DNA from: Escherichia coli
Lineage (GTDB): Bacteria; Pseudomonadota; Gammaproteobacteria; Enterobacterales; Enterobacteriaceae
Length of the DNA stretch: 64,000 bases
Assembly: GCF_003334815.1 (NCBI RefSeq)
Contig: NZ_QOWO01000014.1
Strand: one strand, 5' to 3'
The first letter of the stretch is position 1; each line of letters starts with the position of its first letter. The notes below the pieces were generated by a model. The model searched no databases and was not told the DNA's origin. It saw nothing but the letters and a program-made list of their open reading frames with translations. The translations under genes and the position numbers were made by a program. Below, in pieces: positions 21,998-35,273 of the stretch.

Positions 21998-22792
21998 TTA
22001 GATAGCCACCGGCGCTTTAATGCCCGGATGCGGATCGTAGCCTTCAATCTCAAAGTCTTCGAAACGGTAGTCGAAGATGGATTCGGGTTTACGTTTGATA
22101 ATCAACTTCGGCAGCGGACGCGGTTCGCGGCTTAATTGCAGATGAGTTTGATCCATATGGTTGCTGTACAGATGCGTGTCGCCACCGGTCCAGACAAAAT
22201 CACCCACTTCCAGATCGCACTGCTGCGCCATCATATGCACCAATAACGCGTAGCTGGCAATGTTGAACGGCAGGCCGAGGAAGACGTCACAGGAGCGCTG
22301 ATAAAGCTGGCAAGAGAGTTTGCCGTCTGCCACATAGAACTGGAAGAATGCATGGCACGGTGCCAGCGCCATTTTATCCAGTTCGCCTACGTTCCACGCT
22401 GAAACAATAATGCGGCGCGAATCCGGGTCGTTTTTCAGCTGGTTCAGTACCGTAGTGATCTGGTCAATATGACGACCATCTGGCGTTGGCCAGGCGCGCC
22501 ACTGTTTACCATACACTGGCCCGAGGTCGCCGTTTTCATCGGCCCATTCGTCCCAGATGGTGACATTGTTTTCGTGTAGATAAGCAATGTTAGTGTCGCC
22601 CTGCAGAAACCACAGCAGTTCATGGATGATGGAACGCAGGTGGCAACGTTTAGTTGTCACCAGCGGGAATCCATCTTGCAGGTTAAAACGCATCTGATGA
22701 CCAAAAATGGAAAGCGTTCCGGTTCCGGTACGGTCGTTTTTCTGTGTGCCTTCGTCGAGCACTTTTTGCATCAGTTCTAAATACTGTTTCAT
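21998..22792 (-). CDS. thyA: Thymidylate synthase (264 aa)
   Basis: [36 protein letters not shown]... with active-site PCH ([13 protein letters not shown]). Confidence 0.97.
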
Positions 22793-22798
22793 GGTTCC

Positions 22799-23674
22799 TC
22801 AGGAAACGTGTTGCTGTGGGCTGCGACGATATGCCCAGACCATCATGATCACACCCGCGACAATCATCGGGATGGAAAGAATTTGCCCCATGCTGATGTA
22901 CTGCACCCAGGCACCGGTAAACTGCGCGTCGGGCTGGCGGAAAAACTCAACAATGATGCGAAACGCGCCGTAACCAATCAGGAACAAACCTGAGACAGCT
23001 CCCATTGGGCGTGGTTTACGAATATACAGGTTGAGGATAATAAACAGCACCACACCTTCCAGCAGCAGCTCGTAAAGCTGTGATGGGTGGCGCGGCAGCA
23101 CACCGTAAGTGTCGAAAATGGATTGCCACTGCGGGTTGGTTTGCAGCAGCAAAATATCTTCTGTACGGGAGCCAGGGAACAGCATGGCAAACGGGAAGTT
23201 CGGGTCAACGCGGCCCCACAATTCACCGTTAATAAAGTTGCCCAGACGCCCGGCACCAAGACCAAACGGAATGAGTGGTGCGATAAAATCAGAGACCTGG
23301 AAGAAGGAACGTTTAGTACGGCGGGCGAAGATAATCATCACCACGATAACGCCAATCAGGCCGCCGTGGAAAGACATGCCGCCGTCCCAGACACGGAACA
23401 GATACAGCGGATCGGCCATAAACTGCGGGAAATTGTAGAACAGAACATAACCAATACGTCCCCCGAGGAAGACGCCGAGGAAGCCCGCATAGAGTAAGTT
23501 TTCAACTTCATTTTTGGTCCAGCCGCTGCCCGGACGATTCGCCCGTCGTGTTGCCAGCCACATTGCAAAAATGAAACCCACCAGATACATCAGGCCGTAC
23601 CAGTGAAGCGCCACGGGTCCTATTGAGAAAATGACCGGATCAAACTCCGGAAAATGCAGATAGCTACTGGTCAT
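22799..23674 (-). CDS. lgt: Phosphatidylglycerol-prolipoprotein diacylglyceryl transferase Lgt (291 aa)
   Basis: Polytopic membrane protein with the Lgt signature ([15 protein letters not shown]). Sits immediately upstream of thyA. Confidence 0.95.
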
Positions 23675-23824
23675 CTGTCACCACAAGTTCTTGTTATTTC
23701 GCTGAAAGAGAACAGCGATTGAAATGCGCGCCGCAGGTTTCAGGCGCTCCAAAGGTGCGAATAATAGCACAAGGGGACCTGGCTGGTTGCCGGATACCGT
23801 TAAAAGATATGTATATGATCCGCG

Positions 23825-26071
23825 CTATAACCCTCCGCGAATCAGCCCGCCCATGCCGCGACGCTCCATAAAGGCTGCAACCTGATGGCGAACTTCGGTC
23901 GCCAGTTGCGCTTCCAGACTACGCTGCGCAAGATTTTCTGCTTCGGCATAATCAATGCGCCGCAGCAGGTATTTTGCCCGCGCTACAGAACGTCCGTTCA
24001 TAGACAGATGGCGATACCCAAGCCCAATGAGGATTGCCACGCACATGGGATCGCCCGCCATTTCACCGCACAAACGGAGATCGATTCCATGTATTTCCGC
24101 TTCCCGGGCGATCATCGCCAGAGCTCGTAACATTGCAGGATGAAGACTGTCATAAATGTTCGCCACCCGGGTATTGTTGCGATCAACGGCCAGAATGTAT
24201 TGAGTCAGATCGTTGGTGCCAACAGAGATGAAATCGACCCGCTTTGCCAGATGCGGCAGCATAAATACCATTGACGGCACTTCCAGCATGATGCCGATAC
24301 GTGGTTTGGGAATTTCGTAACCGATCATCTCCTCGACTTCACGTCCGGCACGTTCAATCAGGCGGCGTGCTTCATCAACTTCATCGAGGCTTGTGACCAT
24401 CGGCAACAGAATATTCAGGTTGCCCGTAGCGGCATTAGCACGCAGCATCGCCCGCACCTGGATCAAGAAGATCTCCGGCTGATCGAGCGTAATGCGAATC
24501 CCACGCCAACCCAGGCATGGATTCTCTTCGCTGATCGGCATGTAAGGCAGCTGCTTATCTGCTCCGACATCCAGCGTACGCAAGGTGACGGGTTTATCAT
24601 TGAACATTTGCAGCATCCCCTGATACTGCGCCACCTGTTCTTCTTCCGACGGGAAACCACTTTGCAGCATGAATGGGATTTCAGTGCGATAAAGACCGAT
24701 GCCATCAATACGGCTGCCCAGTTTTTCTTCATGTTCCGGGCTTAAACCAGCATTGAGCATGACTTTTATACGCTCACCGCTTTTTAACTGCGCGGGTAAA
24801 TTGACGTCATCTTCCGCCAGACGGCTAAGCTCAATCTCTTCACTAATTAGCCGCTGATATTCTTGCAGCAGTACCGGCTCCGGATCGACCAGCAATTCAC
24901 CGCGATAGCCATCAACGATCAGCGTCCTACGATGCAGCACCGAAGGCTGAATATCCGCGCCCATCACGGTAGGGATCCCCAGCGCACGTACCATGATCGC
25001 AGCATGGGAGTTGGCTGCGCCATCTCGCACGACAACACCGACTAAGCGATCCTGGGGCAGCTCAGCAAGCGTTGTCGCTGACAGTTCATCTGCCACCAGA
25101 ATGAAACGTTCCGGCCAGGCGTTCGGCCCTTGATTAGCGTCATCAAGATGAAACAGCAATCGCTGACCCAGCGCACGTAAATCGCCAGCCCGCTCTTTGA
25201 GATAGTTATCACTTAGCGCGGCAAACTGTTCGGCAAATTTTTCAATGACCGTTTTTACCGCCCACTCTGCCACCGAGCCTTTATCAACCTCGGCAAACAA
25301 TTCGCGACGCAGCCGGGTGTCCGAAAGCAGGTGCGAGTAAAGATCGAAAATAGCCGCCGTTTCTTTTTGTGCACCGGCGGCAAAGCGTTTGCTGTAGCGG
25401 CGAAACTCGTTTGCCGCTTCTTCCAGCGCCCCGGTCAGTCGTTCGCGTTCCAGAGCCGGATCCAGCGTTGATGCCTGATACACCTGTTCCATTAAAGGTA
25501 ACGTGGCATCCTGCCAGCCTTCGGCAATCGCCACACCAGGTGCTGCCGGTAATGCGCGGATTCGCGTCTGGCGATATTGCCCAAACAAGGCAGTCAACTG
25601 CGACTGAGAAAGAATAGCTGCCATCTGGGTGGCAAGCGTCACCAGGAAGGATTCTTCACTTTCGTCATACTGGCGCAACTCTCGTTGCTGTACCACCAGT
25701 ACACCAAGCAACTGGCGACGTTGAATAATTGGTACGCCTAAAAACGCGCGGAAACGTTCTTCTTTTACGGAGGGGATGTATTTGAAGCTGGGGTGCTTTT
25801 GCGCATCTGCAAGGTTTATCGGTTCCGCCAGCCTGCCAACCAGGCCGACGATCCCTTCATCAAACGCGAGCGTTACAGTGCGACCGCGTGGTTTTTTCAG
25901 CCCCCGGGTCGCCATCAGGTAGTAACAACGTCGATCATGATCGGCCAGGTAGACCGAACAGACCTCGGTATCCATCGCAAGACAGATGTCGGTAACCAGA
26001 ATATTTAACGCCTCATTCAGGCGTGGTGCGCTGGCTACCTTTTCGACTATTTCGCGCAGGCGAGTGAGCAT
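23825..26071 (-). CDS. ptsP: PTS-Ntr enzyme I (EI-Ntr) PtsP with N-terminal GAF domain (748 aa)
   Basis: A GAF domain followed by the PEP-utilising enzyme domains (phospho-His region GAANSHAAIMVRALGIP). Confidence 0.95.
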   Translation of the reverse strand: MLTRLREIVEKVASAPRLNEALNILVTDICLAMDTEVCSVYLADHDRRCYYLMATRGLKKPRGRTVTLAFDEGIVGLVGRLAEPINLADAQKHPSFKYIPSVKEERFRAFLGVPIIQRRQLLGVLVVQQRELRQYDESEESFLVTLATQMAAILSQSQLTALFGQYRQTRIRALPAAPGVAIAEGWQDATLPLMEQVYQASTLDPALERERLTGALEEAANEFRRYSKRFAAGAQKETAAIFDLYSHLLSDTRLRRELFAEVDKGSVAEWAVKTVIEKFAEQFAALSDNYLKERAGDLRALGQRLLFHLDDANQGPNAWPERFILVADELSATTLAELPQDRLVGVVVRDGAANSHAAIMVRALGIPTVMGADIQPSVLHRRTLIVDGYRGELLVDPEPVLLQEYQRLISEEIELSRLAEDDVNLPAQLKSGERIKVMLNAGLSPEHEEKLGSRIDGIGLYRTEIPFMLQSGFPSEEEQVAQYQGMLQMFNDKPVTLRTLDVGADKQLPYMPISEENPCLGWRGIRITLDQPEIFLIQVRAMLRANAATGNLNILLPMVTSLDEVDEARRLIERAGREVEEMIGYEIPKPRIGIMLEVPSMVFMLPHLAKRVDFISVGTNDLTQYILAVDRNNTRVANIYDSLHPAMLRALAMIAREAEIHGIDLRLCGEMAGDPMCVAILIGLGYRHLSMNGRSVARAKYLLRRIDYAEAENLAQRSLEAQLATEVRHQVAAFMERRGMGGLIRGGL

Positions 26072-26083
26072 AATTGGCGTGAC

Positions 26084-26614
26084 TTAACCTCTTTTACGTC
26101 GATAAGCAGATGCGTTTTGTGGTTTTGGCGTATTTTCCTGCAGTGACATCACCACACTCGCGAACTCTTTCATTACCCTACGGTAGACATCACGTTTAAA
26201 TGACACCACCTGTCTGACCGGATACCAGTAACTTACCCATCGCCAGCCGTCAAACTCTGGTGTACTGCTGGTTTGCATATTGATTTCTGCATCGCCGCTC
26301 ACCAGCTGCAAGAGAAACCATTTTTGTTTTTGGCCGATACAAACCGGCTTCGTGTCCCAACGCACCAAACGTTTCGGTAATTTGTAGCGCAACCAGTTAC
26401 GCGTTGAAGCAAGGATTCGAACGTCTTTGCGGCTTAATCCTACTTCTTCAAACAATTCACGGTACATCGCCTGCTCTGCGGATTCTCCGGGGTTGATTCC
26501 GCCTTGCGGAAATTGCCAGGAGTGCTGACCAAATCGCCGGGCCCACATTACCTGCCCCTGGCGATTACAAATCACGATACCTACGTTTGGGCGGTAGCCA
26601 TCGTCATCAATCAC
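26084..26614 (-). CDS. rppH: RNA pyrophosphohydrolase RppH (NudH, 176 aa)
   Basis: Nudix box [23 protein letters not shown]. Lies 12 nt upstream of ptsP. Confidence 0.95.
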
Positions 26615-26755
26615 CGGACTACCTCAAAATAAAGCTTTATATACGAATGATTGTTTCATACTCCAGGAAGACGGTAAACCACTCTCTGCAGGGCATTACA
26701 CACTAATAACAATTGAATAACTCACAGTTATGTGCAGAGTTATAAACAGAGGAAG

Positions 26756-27110
26756 GGGTGGATAGCCGTTTTTATTCACCTTTTCTGTGGATAGAGTTGT
26801 GAAGAACTACGGAATTACTACGGGAAAACCCGGAGCATTCTGAATAAGCCCGATATAGACATTTTAAAATATTCATTATCAGTCAATGCATTACATGTAA
26901 TTTTAGTAATGAAAAAGAGTAATTCGTGACCCAGGTCACACCTCTCATTTACGGGTTGGCGAAAGATCAACCAATGCCGTATTTATCCACAGAATGTGCC
27001 ACTAAGTTAAGCACTGAACCACTAAAAACTGGAGTTTCGTCGCACGTCAAGGCTGTAAATGGAAACAGTAGTGGAGGTTTTTCACAGTTATCCCAGCTTT
27101 CTGTGGATAA
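26756..27110. promoter_or_regulatory. DnaA-box cluster in the rppH-mutH spacer, interpreted as DARS2 (DnaA-reactivating sequence 2)
   Basis: Perfect TTATCCACA at 26983-26991 and, on the other strand, at 27102-27110 (TGTGGATAA). TGTGGATAG at 26786-26794. Weaker boxes at 26772-26780 and 27088-27096. The surrounding 685 bp has no convincing gene. DARS2 was mapped to the mutH-ygdP (rppH) intergenic region. Confidence 0.55.
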
Positions 27111-27120
27111 CATGGTGTAA
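26974..27120 (+). CDS. ygdT: Hypothetical 48-aa ORF (position of K-12 ygdT); doubtful coding status
   Basis: Internal ATG of ORF 26926..27120 (MPYLSTECATKLSTEPLK...). It overlaps the DnaA boxes and I saw no SD. Confidence 0.25.
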   Translation: MPYLSTECATKLSTEPLKTGVSSHVKAVNGNSSGGFSQLSQLSVDNMV

Positions 27121-27298
27121 GATCCTGTTTATTTTCAGTGACCAGATTTGGAAAACCCGTTGCAGTGTTGCGCAACTCGATTACCGGCAACCTAAAAAGC
27201 AATATAAATCAGAGAATTGAACAACGTATGTGGAAAAAGTTACACTGCGAATATTCGGCACATAATTGCTGTTTGTTTTTTAATCAAGGTATCATGAC

Positions 27299-27988
27299 AT
27301 GTCCCAACCTCGCCCACTGCTCTCTCCTCCCGAAACTGAAGAACAGTTGTTAGCGCAAGCACAGCAACTTTCTGGTTATACATTGGGAGAACTGGCGGCA
27401 CTTGTCGGGCTGGTTACGCCAGAGAATTTAAAACGCGATAAAGGCTGGATTGGCGTGTTACTGGAGATCTGGCTAGGTGCCAGCGCAGGGAGTAAACCTG
27501 AGCAAGATTTTGCTGCTCTGGGCGTGGAACTTAAAACTATCCCTGTGGATAGTCTTGGTCGTCCGCTGGAAACAACATTCGTTTGTGTTGCCCCGTTAAC
27601 GGGCAATAGCGGGGTGACCTGGGAAACCAGCCACGTGCGCCACAAACTCAAACGCGTACTGTGGATACCGGTTGAAGGCGAGCGCAGCATCCCGCTGGCG
27701 CAGCGTCGCGTTGGATCACCGTTGCTGTGGAGCCCGAATGAAGAGGAAGACCGGCAGCTACGCGAAGACTGGGAAGAATTAATGGATATGATTGTTCTCG
27801 GTCAGGTTGAGCGGATTACCGCTCGTCACGGGGAGTATTTACAGATACGACCGAAAGCAGCGAATGCGAAAGCGCTTACCGAAGCCATTGGTGCCCGGGG
27901 CGAACGGATTCTGACGCTGCCACGCGGCTTTTATTTGAAGAAGAATTTCACCAGTGCACTACTGGCCCGTCATTTTCTGATCCAGTAG
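27299..27988 (+). CDS. mutH: DNA mismatch repair endonuclease MutH (229 aa)
   Basis: [34 protein letters not shown]... with the D-(X)n-E-X-K catalytic region (ELKTIPV). Confidence 0.96.
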   Translation: MSQPRPLLSPPETEEQLLAQAQQLSGYTLGELAALVGLVTPENLKRDKGWIGVLLEIWLGASAGSKPEQDFAALGVELKTIPVDSLGRPLETTFVCVAPLTGNSGVTWETSHVRHKLKRVLWIPVEGERSIPLAQRRVGSPLLWSPNEEEDRQLREDWEELMDMIVLGQVERITARHGEYLQIRPKAANAKALTEAIGARGERILTLPRGFYLKKNFTSALLARHFLIQ

Positions 27989-28056
27989 CCATCGCTTTGA
28001 CCTGCCGCTTTCCGGGCATATAATTACCGCTTCATTTTTTTGGCAGGGCTTTTTAG

Positions 28057-28770
28057 ATGTTATTTGCATGGATAACCGATCCTAACGCCTGGCTTGCGCT
28101 CGGTACGCTGACGCTGCTGGAGATCGTTCTTGGGATCGACAATATTATTTTCCTTTCTCTGGTGGTGGCAAAGCTTCCCACAGCACAACGTGCTCATGCG
28201 CGCCGTCTGGGGTTGGCGGGAGCCATGGTTATGCGTCTGGCGCTGCTGGCATCAATCGCCTGGGTTACGCGCCTGACAAATCCGCTTTTTACAATATTCA
28301 GTCAGGAAATTTCTGCCCGTGATTTGATTCTGCTTCTGGGTGGCTTGTTCCTTATCTGGAAAGCCAGCAAGGAAATCCACGAATCCATTGAAGGTGAAGA
28401 AGAAGGGCTGAAAACACGCGTTTCATCATTCCTCGGCGCTATCGTGCAGATTATGCTGCTGGATATTATCTTTAGCCTCGACTCGGTGATTACGGCTGTG
28501 GGTCTGTCAGATCACCTGTTTATTATGATGGCAGCCGTGGTGATTGCCGTAGGCGTGATGATGTTCGCCGCGCGCTCGATTGGTGATTTTGTCGAACGCC
28601 ATCCTTCGGTAAAAATGCTGGCGCTCTCTTTCCTGATTCTGGTGGGCTTTACCCTGATTCTGGAAAGTTTCGACATCCACGTACCGAAAGGTTACATCTA
28701 CTTCGCGATGTTCTTCTCTATTGCGGTTGAAAGCCTCAACTTGATTCGCAACAAAAAGAATCCGCTCTGA
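28057..28770 (+). CDS. ygdQ: TerC-family inner membrane protein YgdQ (237 aa)
   Basis: Multi-pass membrane ORF with the TerC-type [11 protein letters not shown] motif. Confidence 0.88.
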
Positions 28771-28907
28771 TACTCCGTACGCTCTCCTGCGGGAGGGCGT
28801 ACTCACTCCTTTTACCCTCACAGTTTAAGATTTTCCTGCTTTCAAGATATATAACGTCGGTTTATAAACAGACTATTATCATAGGTAGGCCAAATGAGGA
28901 TAACCGG

Positions 28908-29126
28908 ATGAAAAAATGGGCAGTAATAATTTCTGCAGTCGGACTGGCGTTTGCTGTTTCCGGGTGTTCCAGTGATTACGTCATGGCGACCAAAGATGGC
29001 CGTATGATTTTGACCGATGGAAAACCTGAAATTGATGATGATACCGGGCTGGTGAGTTATCACGATCAGCAAGGTAACGCGATGCAAATTAACCGTGATG
29101 ATGTTTCGCAAATTATTGAACGTTAA
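28908..29126 (+). CDS. ygdR: DUF903-family small lipoprotein YgdR (72 aa)
   Basis: [22 protein letters not shown] (lipobox VSGC). Clearly paralogous to ygdI (shared YVM.T.DGR.I..DGKP..D.DTG..SY.D..GN..QINRDDV). Confidence 0.88.
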
Positions 29127-29233
29127 CAAATAAGGTCAGCATCCGGCTGGCCTTAAGATTTTTCTCTTTCCCTTTTCCCTTCCCTCTGCCATTTTTATAT
29201 TCCTTATGTCGTGATTATAAAAAGGAAACGGCT

Positions 29234-30274
29234 ATGCAATATCACCGTATACCCCACAGTTCGCTGGAAGTCAGCACGCTGGGGCTTGGCACGATGACGT
29301 TTGGTGAACAGAACAGCGAAGCCGACGCCCACGCACAACTCGACTATACCGTCGCTCAGGGCATTAACCTTATCGACGTTGCCGAAATGTACCCAGTACC
29401 TCCGCGCCCCGAAACGCAAGGGTTAACCGAAACCTACGTCGGCAACTGGCTGGCGAAACATGGCAGCCGCGAAAAGTTAATTATCGCCTCCAAAGTGAGC
29501 GGACCGTCGCGCAATAATGACAAGGGCATCCGCCCGGATCAGGCGCTGGATCGGAAGAATATCCGCGAAGCGCTGCATGACAGCCTCAAGCGCCTACAGA
29601 CTGATTACCTCGATCTTTATCAGGTGCACTGGCCGCAGCGCCCGACCAACTGCTTCGGCAAACTCGGTTATAGCTGGACGGATTCTGCGCCTGCGGTTTC
29701 GCTGCTGGATACGCTGGACGCACTGGCAGAGTGCCAACGCGCGGGAAAAATTCGTTATATCGGCGTGTCGAACGAAACTGCATTTGGCGTAATGCGCTAC
29801 CTGCATCTGGCGGACAAACACGATCTGCCGCGTATTGTCACCATTCAGAACCCTTACAGTCTGTTAAACCGCAGTTTTGAAGTAGGTCTGGCAGAAGTCA
29901 GCCAGTATGAAGGGGTCGAACTGCTGGCCTATTCGTGCCTGGGTTTCGGCACGCTGACCGGGAAATATCTCAATGGTGCAAAACCCGCTGGCGCACGTAA
30001 TACGCTCTTTAGTCGGTTCACCCGCTATAGCGGTGAGCAAACGCAAAAAGCCGTCGCGGCGTATGTTGATATCGCCAGACGTCATGGCCTGGACCCTGCT
30101 CAGATGGCGCTCGCGTTTGTACGCCGTCAACCGTTTGTTGCCAGCACTCTGCTGGGCGCAACCACGATGGATCAGCTGAAAACTAACATCGAAAGTTTGC
30201 ATCTGGAGTTAAGCGAAGACGTATTAGCTGAAATTGAAGCGGTGCATCAGGTTTATACTTATCCGGCACCATAA
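29234..30274 (+). CDS. tas: Aldo-keto reductase Tas (346 aa)
   Basis: AKR-family motifs (GLGTMTFG, INLIDVAEMY, YIGVSNE). Confidence 0.92.
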   Translation: MQYHRIPHSSLEVSTLGLGTMTFGEQNSEADAHAQLDYTVAQGINLIDVAEMYPVPPRPETQGLTETYVGNWLAKHGSREKLIIASKVSGPSRNNDKGIRPDQALDRKNIREALHDSLKRLQTDYLDLYQVHWPQRPTNCFGKLGYSWTDSAPAVSLLDTLDALAECQRAGKIRYIGVSNETAFGVMRYLHLADKHDLPRIVTIQNPYSLLNRSFEVGLAEVSQYEGVELLAYSCLGFGTLTGKYLNGAKPAGARNTLFSRFTRYSGEQTQKAVAAYVDIARRHGLDPAQMALAFVRRQPFVASTLLGATTMDQLKTNIESLHLELSEDVLAEIEAVHQVYTYPAP

Positions 30275-30276
30275 GA

Positions 30277-30302
30277 TTAACGCCGGTTAAAACCGGCGTT
30301 AA
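30277..30302. terminator. Perfect palindrome between convergent tas and lplT (bidirectional terminator)
   Basis: TTAACGCCGGTT-AA-AACCGGCGTTAA. It fills the 31-bp gap between the two stop codons. Confidence 0.65.
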
Positions 30303-30305
30303 ATA

Positions 30306-33672
<3,367 letters not shown>

Positions 33673-33738
33673 TCAGTAAAAGCGAATGGAGGGAGATTAC
33701 ACGAGATAAAGAACGCGAGCGACAGTAAATTAGGTGCG

Positions 33739-33826
33739 AAAAAAAACCTGCGCATCCGCGCAGGTTGGTGCAAGAGACAGGGTACGAAGAGCGTACCGAA
33801 TAATCTCACCAATCAATACCTCTGGG
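33739..33826 (-). ncRNA. omrA: OmrA small RNA (88 nt)
   Basis: Minus strand reads CCCAGAGGTATTGATTGGTGAGATTATTCGGTACGCTCTTCGTACCCTGTCTCTTGCACCAACCTGCGCGGATGCGCAGGTTTTTTTT. Conserved 5' seed plus a terminator hairpin. Confidence 0.92.
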
Positions 33827-33940
33827 ATCTTGATTGTGGTCTGCACGACGACTCTTCGCCAGCGAGAAAACGCAAAGGAATGAAGGGAAATGCAACGAGG
33901 TGTGTAAATTGTCGGTTACTGTTACAGATTGATGACCGGC

Positions 33941-34022
33941 AAAAAAAACCTGCGCATCTGCGCAGGCTGGTGTAATTCATGTGCTCAACCCGAAGTTGAC
34001 TTCACCTATCAATACCTCTGGG
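33941..34022 (-). ncRNA. omrB: OmrB small RNA (82 nt)
   Basis: Minus strand reads CCCAGAGGTATTGATAGGTGAAGTCAACTTCGGGTTGAGCACATGAATTACACCAGCCTGCGCAGATGCGCAGGTTTTTTTT. Tandem paralog of omrA. Confidence 0.92.
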
Positions 34023-34235
34023 ATCACCACTTTAGCAACCTGAAGCCAAACGCCACCAGCGGTCAATCGCAACAGCGTTTCGCAAAGTGTAACCAAAGGT
34101 TTGCAATCTCTTTTTTTGTCTTACTTATTTGCGTTTGGCTCACATTCCCACGATGAAAACACGCCACCCCTTGAACCAACGGGCGTTTTCCGTAACACTG
34201 AAAGAATGTAAGCGTTTACCCACTAAGGTATTTTC

Positions 34236-35267
34236 ATGGCGACCATAAAGGATGTAGCCCGACTGGCAGGCGTTTCAGTCGCCACCGTTTCCCGCGTCAT
34301 TAATAATTCACCCAAAGCCAGCGAAGCTTCCCGGCTGGCTGTGCATAGTGCAATGGAGTCTCTTAGCTATCACCCGAACGCCAACGCCCGTGCGCTGGCG
34401 CAGCAGACCACTGAAACGGTCGGTCTGGTCGTTGGTGATGTTTCCGATCCGTTTTTCGGTGCAATGGTGAAAGCGGTCGAACAGGTGGCTTATCACACCG
34501 GTAATTTTTTATTGATTGGCAACGGTTACCACAACGAACAAAAAGAGCGTCAGGCCATTGAGCAACTGATCCGCCATCGCTGTGCTGCGTTGGTCGTCCA
34601 TGCCAAAATGATCCCGGATGCTGATTTAGCCTCATTAATGAAACAAATGCCCGGTATGGTGCTGATCAACCGTATCCTGCCTGGCTTTGAAAACCGTTGT
34701 ATTGCTCTGGACGATCGTTACGGTGCCTGGCTGGCAACGCGTCATTTAATTCAGCAAGGTCATACCCGCATTGGTTATCTGTGCTCTAACCACTCTATTT
34801 CTGACGCCGAAGATCGTCTGCAAGGGTATTACGATGCCCTTGCTGAAAGTGGTATTGCGGCCAATGACCGGCTGGTGACATTTGGCGAACCAGACGAAAG
34901 CGGCGGCGAACAGGCAATGACCGAGCTTTTGGGACGAGGAAGAAATTTCACTGCGGTAGCCTGTTATAACGATTCAATGGCGGCGGGTGCGATGGGCGTT
35001 CTCAATGATAATGGTATTGATGTACCGGGTGAGATTTCGTTAATTGGCTTTGATGATGTGCTGGTGTCACGCTATGTGCGTCCGCGCCTGACCACCGTGC
35101 GTTACCCAATCGTGACGATGGCGACCCAGGCTGCCGAACTGGCTTTGGCGCTGGCGGATAATCGCCCTCTCCCGGAAATCACTAATGTCTTTAGTCCGAC
35201 GCTGGTACGTCGTCATTCAGTGTCAACTCCGTCGCTGGAGGCAAGTCATCATGCAACCAGCGACTAA
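34236..35267 (+). CDS. galR: Galactose operon repressor GalR (LacI family, 343 aa)
   Basis: MATIKDVARLAGVSVATVSRVINN HTH plus a periplasmic-binding-protein-like core. Confidence 0.95.
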   Translation: MATIKDVARLAGVSVATVSRVINNSPKASEASRLAVHSAMESLSYHPNANARALAQQTTETVGLVVGDVSDPFFGAMVKAVEQVAYHTGNFLLIGNGYHNEQKERQAIEQLIRHRCAALVVHAKMIPDADLASLMKQMPGMVLINRILPGFENRCIALDDRYGAWLATRHLIQQGHTRIGYLCSNHSISDAEDRLQGYYDALAESGIAANDRLVTFGEPDESGGEQAMTELLGRGRNFTAVACYNDSMAAGAMGVLNDNGIDVPGEISLIGFDDVLVSRYVRPRLTTVRYPIVTMATQAAELALALADNRPLPEITNVFSPTLVRRHSVSTPSLEASHHATSD

Positions 35268-35273
35268 CCGCAG

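Noticed and set aside
26926-27353. ORFs 26926..27120 (64 aa) and 27138..27353 (71 aa) in the rppH-mutH spacer, as candidate novel genes.
   Set aside because: They have no SD and odd composition. They overlap the DnaA-box cluster and the mutH promoter and start. The spacer is better explained as a cis-acting (DARS2-type) region. Only the K-12-annotated ygdT portion is listed, at low confidence.
28842-29129. Antisense partners of the small lipoprotein genes (28842..29129 minus opposite ygdR; 743..1036 plus opposite ygdI).
   Set aside because: These are mirror frames of short conserved genes. The lipoprotein frames have signal peptides, lipoboxes and an SD, and the antisense frames have none of these.
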